DNA of 64,000 bases from the NCBI GenBank assembly GCA_963803435.1, contig CAWDML010000001.1, positions 1,504,001 to 1,568,000 on the forward strand, read 5' to 3'. The position numbers and the translations under genes are program-made. The DNA is from an uncultured delta proteobacterium. GTDB lineage: Bacteria > Myxococcota > Kuafuiibacteriia > Kuafuiibacteriales > Kuafuiibacteriaceae. Below are positions 30,555 to 39,315 of this stretch, one piece after another. Positions within the stretch are counted from its first letter, which is position 1, and every line of letters starts with the position of its first letter. Below the pieces are notes generated by a model. The model made no database searches. It was not told the origin of the DNA and saw only the letters and a program-made list of their open reading frames with translations.

Positions 30555-32715
30555 ATGATCAGGACCCTTGCAGCCGGTTGCGCGATCGCTTCGATCGTCG
30601 CTTGCGCCGATCCGAACGAAGAGAAGGTGAGCACGCTCAGCGCCCAGTGCGCCGCGCCCGTCACCCAGACCATCCGCTATGACGAGCACGGGAGAAAGAG
30701 CGAGATCCAGCGCGCGGACGTGGGCGCCGTACACTACGCCTACCACCCGGTGTCGGGCCTCCTCGCCGAGAAGGCGTTGCCCGATCGCACGACCACCTTC
30801 GCCTACGATGCGAGCGGTCGCTTGACCGAAGAGACGGCGACGGGCGCGGGCCGCTCGCGCACGCTTCAGCTCCACTACGACGAGAACGGAGAGCTCGGGT
30901 TCCTCACCCGCGTGAGCGCCGCCGGATGGGAGAAGCGATTCCGCCACCGCCGTGACGGGACCGTCGCGGAGGCGACCATCGACATCCCCGGCTTCCGCAG
31001 CGTCACCGTCGCCAGCACCTACTACGTGAACGGCTTCGAGGAGAGCTCCACCAGGGTGGTCCGCGACGCCGCCGGCAACGTGCTGAGCCAGGTCGATCGC
31101 ACCACCCGGTACGATGACGCCGGGCGTCCCTCCATGCTGATGGTGAACGGACAGCCGCTCTACACGCTCTACTACGATCCGGAAGGCCGCCTCGAGCACG
31201 CCTCGTTCACCGACGGCTCCACGCTCTCCTTCACGCACGACCCCGAGACGCACCTCCGTAACGGGTACCAGGAGAGCGCCGACGACTTCTCGCTGAGCGC
31301 CTCCTGGAGCTTCGATCAGCGCGGACTCATCGTGTCGGAGTCGTTCGACCGCGACGGCCAGACGTACGTGATGAGCTACGTCCACGACGCCCGCGGCTTC
31401 CTCACGGACGCCACCGGTCCAGCGCCCGCCACCTATCAATACGGCGCCGACGGCCGCCCCACGAACGCCCGCACCGGCACGGTCAGCGTCAACGGCATCA
31501 CCTATGCGTTCGACGCCTCCGGCCGCGTGATCCAGAAGGGCGACCTCATCCTCGAGTACGGCCCGAGCGGGGACGTCGAGCAGGCGACCCTCGCACCCGA
31601 CTCCGCTGACCGTGAGACCTGGACCTTCGACTACGACGAGGCCGGCCGCCGCATCCTCAAGCGCGAGAACGGCGCCGTGACGGCGGCCTATCTGTTCGGG
31701 GGGTACCTCGACGGCACCGCCTTCATCGATCCCGTCTACGTCGACACCCGGCTGGTCGGTGTCCTGATCGACGACGCGTTCGTCCCGCTCGGCACCGACC
31801 CCCGCGGATCGGTGGTGGCGGGCGACGGCGCCTGGGACTGGCCGACGCCCTACGGCGCCCGTGTTCTCCGGCCCGCCGTCGCGGCCGCGGTCGACTACGC
31901 GGAGAAGGGCTTCGATCCGGACCTCGGCACGGTCCGCATGGGCATCCGCGACTACGATCCCGATCTGGGGCAGTTCTGGGGCCCCGACCCGCTCTTCTTC
32001 GAGGAGGATCCGACCAAGTGCATCGAGAGCCCGGTCGAGTGCAACCTCTTCAGCTACGCGAGCAACGATCCCACCCGGTATCGCGACCCCTCCGGCCGCA
32101 ACGCGGTCATCGTCCGCAACGAGGACACGCACACGATCACGATCCGCGCCACGATCTCGATCTGGGGCAGCAAGGCCAGCGACGCGGTGGCGCAGCACAT
32201 CGAGAGCGACATCGAGAGCACCTGGGGCCAGGTCAAGACCTGGACCGACGCCAGGACCGGGCAGGTCTACGATCTCCAAGGTCAACGTCACCGTCCGCTT
32301 CGTGGGCGACTACCTGGACAACGACGAGCGACGAAATCTCCGGCAGGGGTACGGCGGCAACAACCTGATCGAGGTCAACGACATCGGACGCTCGTACGTC
32401 TCCGGGCCGAACACCGGGGAGTGGGGCTACCAGCAGATCTTCAACCCCAGCGGCAACGTGGCGGCCCACGAGTTCGGCCACCTGCTCGGCATCGACGACA
32501 AGTACACGGATCAGGTCGTGGCCGGCGCGAAGGTCTCCGTACCGAAGGCCGGCTGGAGCAACGCCGACCTGATGGCCAACAGCTGGGGCGGCGTCGTGGA
32601 CACGCGCCAGATCGATCTGGTGCTCCCCTTCGCGTTCGCCAAGAAGCCCGACGTTCGCACCGGGCCGAACAAGACCATCAACTGGTACATGATCAACGTG
32701 AAGGACTTCCGGTAG
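30555..32715 (+). CDS. TcC-like RHS-core lipoprotein with C-terminal zinc metallopeptidase tip; one apparent +1 frameshift near 32277
   Basis: Lipobox-like ASIVAC; YD repeats; RHS core GIRDYDPDLGQFWGPDP...YASNDPTRYRDPSG; the shifted frame encodes AAHEFGHLLGIDDKY. Confidence 0.82.
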
Positions 32716-32724
32716 CGGTCGACC

Positions 32725-33981
32725 TCAAAGAACGCCGACGAAGAAGGGCGGATCGACGACCGGCTGCAACCCGAGGAACGAGAGCGCACCGGTCGCCGGA
32801 TCGATCGAGAAGATCGCCACGTTCGACGAGCCCTGATTGGCCACCAGGGCGAAGGCGCCGTCCGGCGTGAGCGTGAAGTTTCGCGGCGTCTCCCCCCGCG
32901 TCTCCTCGTGTCCGATCGGCGTGAGCGCACCGTCGGGGCCAATGGCAAAGATCGCGATCAGCCCGGGACCGCCCATCACGCGCTCGCTCGCGTACAGATA
33001 CCGGCCCGAGGGATGCACGTGTACGTCGGCGCCGGTGCTCTGTCCGGTGAACCCGCTCGGGAGCGCGCCGACCGACTCGAGGAACGACAGCGTCCCGGCG
33101 GCGGCGTCGTAGGCGAAGACGGAGACGTCGTTGTCGAGCTCTCCGATCACGTAGACCCGATCACCGCCGGGAGAGAATGCGAGATGCCGCGGCCCCGAAC
33201 CGGCCGGCGCCGCCGCGTGCGGCGGAGTGTTCGGATCGAGATGCCCGCTGGCGGTGTCCCACGCGTACTGCGCGATCCAGTCCTCGGCCTTGGCGGGCAC
33301 CAGCACGAAGCGCTGGTCGGGCGACAGACGCACCGAGTGGGACTGGGCGCCCGAGCTCTCCAGATCGGTGGCGTCGTCGATGGCGCCGCTCGCCTGCACC
33401 CCGAAGACCTCGGTGGTGCCCTCGTTGTAGTGCGCGGCCAGCAGCCGATCGCCGCCCTGGTCGAGCTCGACGTAGACCGGGTGGCCGCGCGCGTCGCGGC
33501 GATCGAGCTCGTGCAGGCGCCCCGCCACCCGGTCGATCCCAAAGCTGAGGATGCGGCCGCCGCCCTCGTCCGCCGAATGCACGACCCCCCGCGTCCGGTC
33601 GAACGCGAGATACGACGCGATCTGGCCCGCCGCCACGCTCCCGGTGCACGCCAGGGTGGCGAGCTCGGGATCGAAGCGATAGGCGGTGATGCGACCGTCG
33701 GAGCCGCCGTAGCGACCCGTCCCGACCAACACCAGGGGATGGGGCGTGGGCGTGCCGCCGTCCTCCCTCGCGGCGTCGCGGGGCCCGGCGTCCGGCACCG
33801 CCCCGCCCGCGTCCACGGCCCCATCGACGCCGTCGCCCGCTCCGTCGACGGCCCCGTCTGCCAAAACAGCGGCGTCCGTCGGGCCGGGGGCGTCCTCCGT
33901 CGCGGCGTCGCCGCCCGCCGGCGGCTCCCCCGGGGACGCGGTGCACGAAGACAGGAAAAGGCCCGTGATGATCGCTCGCAC
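32725..33981 (-). CDS. lactonase family (6-phosphogluconolactonase-like) beta-propeller lipoprotein
   Basis: AAHYNEG, GSGPRHLAFSP, ADVHVHPSGRYLYASER, GETPRNF and VANQGS motifs; start uncertain. Confidence 0.85.
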   Translation of the reverse strand: MRAIITGLFLSSCTASPGEPPAGGDAATEDAPGPTDAAVLADGAVDGAGDGVDGAVDAGGAVPDAGPRDAAREDGGTPTPHPLVLVGTGRYGGSDGRITAYRFDPELATLACTGSVAAGQIASYLAFDRTRGVVHSADEGGGRILSFGIDRVAGRLHELDRRDARGHPVYVELDQGGDRLLAAHYNEGTTEVFGVQASGAIDDATDLESSGAQSHSVRLSPDQRFVLVPAKAEDWIAQYAWDTASGHLDPNTPPHAAAPAGSGPRHLAFSPGGDRVYVIGELDNDVSVFAYDAAAGTLSFLESVGALPSGFTGQSTGADVHVHPSGRYLYASERVMGGPGLIAIFAIGPDGALTPIGHEETRGETPRNFTLTPDGAFALVANQGSSNVAIFSIDPATGALSFLGLQPVVDPPFFVGVL

Positions 33982-34163
33982 CGCCGAAGTCTGCACCGAG
34001 CCGGCCCCGCACCGACACGCGAAAAACGGCGCAGGGATCCACCGCAGCATGTCCACGGATTGACGGCGATGCCTTCGACGATGACAGGTCGGATGGTCGC
34101 GGGCGCCCAGCCCGTGCAATCCCTGCTCGCCTACAATCTCGCCCCGCGCTAATCAAGCCCCCC

Positions 34164-36168
34164 ATGTCGGACCTAGCCCCGAACTGGCCCCCCTCCGCGA
34201 CGACCGTCGACGACGAGCTCGCGCGGCTCGATCAGGCGCTCTTCGACCTCGAGGATTGCGGGGGCGCCAGCGTCAACCTGATCCACTGTCCGAACGCATC
34301 GGCCGAGCAATCGCTGGTGAAGAAGCTCGCCGAGCGCGCGAGAGAGCGACGGTTCGTGACGGCCGAGGTCTCGATGCGCGAGTCGAGCCCGAACACGCCC
34401 GACGCCCTGGTACGCTCGATCCTCGACGGCCTGGTGCCGCCGACGGAGACGCGTCCGAGCGGGCTCCTCTACCTGCTCGAATCTGTTCCGCGAGCGCTAC
34501 GGCAAGAACAGCGGCCCGCGGTTCGTCGAACAGGCCCAAGCCGAGGGCGCCGACGGGGATCTGACCGCTCTGGTCACCGCGTTTCTCTCCTCCCAGGACG
34601 AGGAGGCGGCCGCCGAGGTCCGGGCCTACGAGGCCTGGCTGGCGGGGACCGAGCCGCCGCGGCGCACGCGCAACCCGAACGTGCGGCGAGCCCTTTCGGA
34701 TCGGACGGCCCAGCGTGCTCTGGGTGAGCTGACCCGGATCATGCGGGCGCTCGGTCATCGTGGGATGACGATCTTCCTCAGCGAGGGCGACGCCATCCCG
34801 CAGCGAACACCTCGCCAGCGCGAGAAGGCCTACACGGTGCTCCGCGAGATGGTGGACAACTTCGACAGCGGCCGCGGCGCGCGCTCGGCGCGGATCACGA
34901 TCACCGGGACCGATGCGCTCTTCGTGGGTGAGAGCTCGATCGGCTCGCTGGCACCGCTGCGGATGCGGCTCGAGATCCCGTCGGACGCCGAGCCGCCGCC
35001 GCCGCATCGATCGTGGACCTCGCTGATCCGCGATCCCTCCGAGTACGTGCACCGGCGGATCGTGCGACCATCCGAGAACAAGGCGAACGGCCTCCGCACC
35101 CTGGTGCGAATCTCCGAAGGGTTGCCGCCGACGCAGGCGGTCAGCACGCTGAGCGTCGGCTTCGACGCGATCGAGGACACGATCGACCGCCTCTTCGCGG
35201 CCAATGGAACCGCTGAGGACGCGTTCTCCGTCCTGGTCGGTGAGTACGGGAGCGGCAAGACGCACCTCATGCTCCACCTGGCCGAGCGCGCGCTCGAGGC
35301 GAAGCGACCAGTCTTCTGGCTCAACCTCGAGCGCATGAACCTCGACCTCGGCAACCCGTCGCGACACCTGGCGCGCCTGCTCGAGCACTCGAGCCTACCG
35401 CTGAAGAACCGGCCCTCCGCCGCCGAGCGGGCGGCCTACTGGACCCGCTCGAGGCCCAAGCTCAAGGCCCTCAGGACCTCGCTGGAGGAGATCGCGGAGG
35501 GCGAGCGCGGCGACGCGATCGCGGCCGAAAAGGCGCTCCGCATCTGGGATCACGCCAAGAACCCCGAGCGCGCGCTCGAGAACTTCCTCCTGGCCCTCGA
35601 CCTGGAGAGCAAGGGCTCCGGCATGAGCTATCGCAAGGACGCCTATCAGCGGTTGCTCCTCTGGATCACGTTGCTCGAGCGGCTCGAGGACACCAAGGGC
35701 GCGGTCCTGCTGATCGACGAGGCCGAGAACCTCTACACCAGCGGCCGCTCGTGGGCCGAACGTCGGGGTGCGCTCAGGGCGCTCGCGTTCTACACCAGCG
35801 GCGCGTTCCCCGCGAGCTGCGTGGTCATGGCGATGACGCCCAACGTCTTCGACGAGATGAGGAAAGAGGCGCGCCAGCTGCTCTCCGAGGTCGACGAGAT
35901 GTCCACGACGCTCGAGATCGAGGACGTGGCGCGCTTCCGCACCAACCTGTTCCGGTTCGATCCGGATCCGGTCCCGGCGCTCACCGCGACCCAGCGAATG
36001 GATCTCTGCGAGCGCGTCCGCCTCCTCCATCGCTCGGTGCGCGGCGCCGTCGAGGTCGAGGGATGGGAGAACCGAGTCCGGCAGCTGGTGCGCCAGCACA
36101 ACTCGCCGCGGCCGCTGATCCGAACGCTGATCGACGAGCTCGAGTCGGCCTGGTGGGCCGGCGACTGA
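34164..36168 (+). CDS. tandem DUF2791/BrxD-like P-loop protein; apparent +1 frameshift near 34481
   Basis: C-terminal half has GEYGSGKTH and LLIDEAE; N-terminal half has RFVTAEVS and LTRIMRALGHRG with degenerate Walker motifs; removing one A joins the two ORFs. Confidence 0.72.
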
Positions 36169-36264
36169 TCACTCCCGCGAGAAGCCCATCGCTAGGCCGG
36201 CCGCGATCCCCGACCAGGCACCGTCCGGCGTACCGCCTCCTGCCGCGCCTTGCCGGTCAGTGGG

Positions 36265-37641
36265 TCAGCGGCGGCGCAACAGCCCGCGGCGCTCGGCGAG
36301 CGCGAGCAGGCGCTCGTAGGTCTGTTCCGACTCGCTGCGCCGGTCGCCCCAGGCCCGCGAGGGGTTCGCGTCCAGGAACAGCTCGAGCTCCGGCTGTCCG
36401 GTCTTCGACTGCGCGGCGCCGAAGACGTGGTGCCGGCATTCATCTGCATAGATCACGGAATCGTCGGCCTCGATCACCGGCAGCTCCGTCGGCGGGAGCG
36501 GGACTCCGCCTGCAATGCGATCCATGTCGAGGAGATCGGTCATGTCGGCGGCGGCGGCGTCGCGCAGGGTCAACGGGTGGAGCCCGTACAGCGTCTCGAG
36601 GAAGGCCAGAAACGACGTGTGTTCGAAGACGGTGTGGCTGTTGTAGCGCGCCTTGATCCAGGGCCCGCTCACCACCGTCGGCACGCGGAAGCCCAGCTGA
36701 TCAAAGCCCTCCTCGGCGCGCTCATCCACGGACTTGGGCGGCGGCACGTGATCGAAGAAACCGCCGTGCTCGTCGTACGTGGAGATGAACGTGCATCGTT
36801 TCCAGCTCGGGCTCTTGGCCAGGGCGTCGTAGATGCTCGCCAGAAAGATCTGGCCTGCCAGCGGATGGCCCGGCGGATGGTCGTCGTTCAGCCCGTAGAT
36901 CGGCTCGACGATGGCGAGGTTCGGAAGCGTACCGGCGGCCGCGTCGTCGAAGAACTGATCGATCGAGACGAAGTTGGCGCGATCGTACTCGCGGGAGAAG
37001 AGGAAGGAGAAGGAGACGTTGCTATAGTAGATACGCCAGCTGCGACCCTCGGCCTCCATCCGGTCGAAGATGGTGGGGAAGGCGTAGTCGTGCCCGGCGT
37101 CGTTGTTCTTCACGCCGTCGCTCTGCGCGCCCAACGAGTAGAAGCGATTCGGCCAGGTCCCGCCCAGGATCGAGGAGAACCATCGCTCGCAGAGCGTGTG
37201 ACGATCGGCGATCCGATGGATGATCGGGATCTGATCCCGCGTGAGGTAGCCCATCACCTCGCCCGCGTGCTCGATGCCGTTGGAGGCCTCGGCCTCCAGC
37301 ACGAAGCCGCTGTTGGCGCCGCCAGCGAACTGGCCGCGGGCTCGGTTCCACGAGTGTGGAGGGTCGACGAGACAGCGGGCGGTCTCCGGATAGACGGGGA
37401 ACTGCTCCCCGGTGCTGCTCGCGTTGAACATGCCGCCCCTCAGGCCGTCGATCAGGCGGCCTTCGTTGATCGAGAGCGTCCCGAAGTAGTGATCGAAGCT
37501 CCGGTTCTCGAGCATCGTGAAGACGACGGTGTCGATCGTCTCCTCGAGCGGCCGCATCTTCCCTGCGCACCGCACCAGCAGCGGCGAGACCGCCAGGGCA
37601 CCGAGAGACTTCAGGACCGTCCGCCGGTCGACGTGCCGCAT
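36265..37641 (-). CDS. Tat-exported phospholipase C / phosphoesterase
   Basis: DRRTVLK twin-arginine signal; MLENRSFDHYFG, GGTWPNR, TYDEHGGFFDHVPPP and GFRVP motifs. Confidence 0.92.
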   Translation of the reverse strand: MRHVDRRTVLKSLGALAVSPLLVRCAGKMRPLEETIDTVVFTMLENRSFDHYFGTLSINEGRLIDGLRGGMFNASSTGEQFPVYPETARCLVDPPHSWNRARGQFAGGANSGFVLEAEASNGIEHAGEVMGYLTRDQIPIIHRIADRHTLCERWFSSILGGTWPNRFYSLGAQSDGVKNNDAGHDYAFPTIFDRMEAEGRSWRIYYSNVSFSFLFSREYDRANFVSIDQFFDDAAAGTLPNLAIVEPIYGLNDDHPPGHPLAGQIFLASIYDALAKSPSWKRCTFISTYDEHGGFFDHVPPPKSVDERAEEGFDQLGFRVPTVVSGPWIKARYNSHTVFEHTSFLAFLETLYGLHPLTLRDAAAADMTDLLDMDRIAGGVPLPPTELPVIEADDSVIYADECRHHVFGAAQSKTGQPELELFLDANPSRAWGDRRSESEQTYERLLALAERRGLLRRR

Positions 37642-37683
37642 GGTTCTCTTGGTACGTAGACCCGCGGATCCTGGCAAGACCGA

Positions 37684-38508
37684 TCACTGGCAGGCGGCAG
37701 TGAAGTCGTCACAGCAGTCTCCATAACCGGTGCAGAGGTCGTCGCAGTAGCAGCTGCCGTCGGGCGAGGAGAGGTCACACCGATTCCAGCAGCTGTCGGT
37801 GTCGCACCGTGGAGCGTAATCCCGGCAGCAATCGCCAAAGCCGACGCAGGCGTCGTCACAGAAGCACCCAGCGGCCGATCGGCCGTTGCAGGAGCCGGCG
37901 CAGGTCCCGCTGCACTTCGTCAGCGAGATCTGCTGAACCGTGGCGTTGAAGTGCGAGTAGGCCGAGGCGAGACCTCCGACGGTGACCCACGCGTGCGCGG
38001 TGACCTTGATGTCGACGAACTTCGCGGCTCCGGGCGCGCGCGTGAAGTTGCACGCCAGATTCCGCACCCCGGGTGCGGGCGTTCCGTGCTCGTTGTAGCG
38101 CGCGATGTAGAGCGGGAGCGACTGCGAGCACTTGACGACGCCGTCGATCCTCGCCTCGAGCAACAGCTCGATCCCCGCCTCGCCGTAGCCGAACAGGTAG
38201 GACTCCACGTGCGCGACCGCATCCGAGACGTCGACCCGCGCGCGCGCCGTGAGATCGTGATCGGACTTCGGCGCCAGGATGGCGGCCGAGAGCGCATCGC
38301 GGAAGTGCTCGTCGTCGGCGACGATGTCCTCGGCGCCCGCGCTGAGGAATCCATTTCTGCCGGAGAAGGGCCGCGAGGGATAATACGTCCAGTTTAGGGG
38401 ATCGGTCCTAGTCTCGCTCTGACAGAGGGCCTGCGCCTGTGCGGTCGCCGGCGCCGACAGGGCCAAAAGAGCGATCGAGAGCGTGAGTCGGGGAGCGTCG
38501 AATGGCAT
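37684..38508 (-). CDS. secreted protein with two C-terminal somatomedin-B-like domains
   Basis: Signal peptide; CFCDDACVGFGDCCRDY and CYCDDLCTGYGDCCDDF. Confidence 0.8.
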   Translation of the reverse strand: MPFDAPRLTLSIALLALSAPATAQAQALCQSETRTDPLNWTYYPSRPFSGRNGFLSAGAEDIVADDEHFRDALSAAILAPKSDHDLTARARVDVSDAVAHVESYLFGYGEAGIELLLEARIDGVVKCSQSLPLYIARYNEHGTPAPGVRNLACNFTRAPGAAKFVDIKVTAHAWVTVGGLASAYSHFNATVQQISLTKCSGTCAGSCNGRSAAGCFCDDACVGFGDCCRDYAPRCDTDSCWNRCDLSSPDGSCYCDDLCTGYGDCCDDFTAACQ

Positions 38509-38628
38509 CGGGTTCGTCCTTTCGATCCCTACAGGCGCCGGCCGGTGAACAACGTGACGAGACGATCGTCGTTTTCTTCCACGCCGCCCTCTTGATGCTC
38601 CGTCCAAATACGGGCACGAGACGGCATC

Positions 38629-39315
38629 ATGAATCCGACCCGACGCCTCCTCGCCCTCACCGCGGTTGCTCTCGTGTGCGCGTGCCGGAGCTCCGGCACG
38701 CAGGCCACCACGGCGACGATCCCCACCGAGACGCTGAACTGGTGCACGCCGAAGAGCGACTACATCGCGACCGCCAGCGAGGGCGCCTTCTGGTCGGCCT
38801 CCACGAGTCGGTTCATGTTCATCGCGCAGATCGGGCTCGACTGCCCGGATCTCGGGGCGGCCTTCCAGATCGATCCGCGCCAGTGCGGGCAGGGCGCGTG
38901 CACCTCCATCCCGGCGACCTCGGAGCTGGCGGCGAAGGCGATCCGCGATCTGGCCACGGCCAAGGTGACCGTCTTCTCCAACATCGCGGGCTGTAACTCC
39001 ATCACGCACCTCGTCGGTTTGGGATTCGAGGCGATCGGCCTCTGCGCGGACGCGAGCCTGCCGAGCTTCCCGATCGTCGATGGGCCGAACGGCAACCCGT
39101 CGTCCGAGCAGATGCCGAGCGCCTTCGAGGGCTGCATCGAGGTGCCCTGCCTGCCCAACAATTGCACCGCCGGCGACGATCCCAACCACCGCCAGAACGT
39201 CCAGGCGAACCCGGGCTGCGAGTGTCCTCAGACCGACGTGGCGGCGCGCTGTCAGGAGGTCCAGGCGGCGGACTGCACCTGCTACGAGTTCTGCTGCAGG
39301 TCGACCGAAGAATGA
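38629..39315 (+). CDS. Cys-rich lipoprotein, function unknown
   Basis: Lipobox LVCAC; many Cys; stop overlaps the CHAT gene start. Confidence 0.7.
   Translation: MNPTRRLLALTAVALVCACRSSGTQATTATIPTETLNWCTPKSDYIATASEGAFWSASTSRFMFIAQIGLDCPDLGAAFQIDPRQCGQGACTSIPATSELAAKAIRDLATAKVTVFSNIAGCNSITHLVGLGFEAIGLCADASLPSFPIVDGPNGNPSSEQMPSAFEGCIEVPCLPNNCTAGDDPNHRQNVQANPGCECPQTDVAARCQEVQAADCTCYEFCCRSTEE

Noticed and set aside
22007-32715. T6SS Rhs or CDI locus
   Set aside because: No PAAR, VgrG, Eag chaperone, CdiB transporter or immunity gene; the proteins carry Sec or lipoprotein signals
32278-32870. Arg-rich C-terminus of the 30555-32870 ORF
   Set aside because: Out-of-frame read-through after the indel; it overlaps the convergent lactonase, and the HExxH frame is the credible one
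20120-34490. Programmed ribosomal frameshifting at the four indel sites
   Set aside because: No slippery sequences or long homopolymers, and the genes are unrelated; sequencing error is simpler
34164-36168. Complete BREX system
   Set aside because: No pglZ, pglX, brxA/B/L or helicase gene in the window
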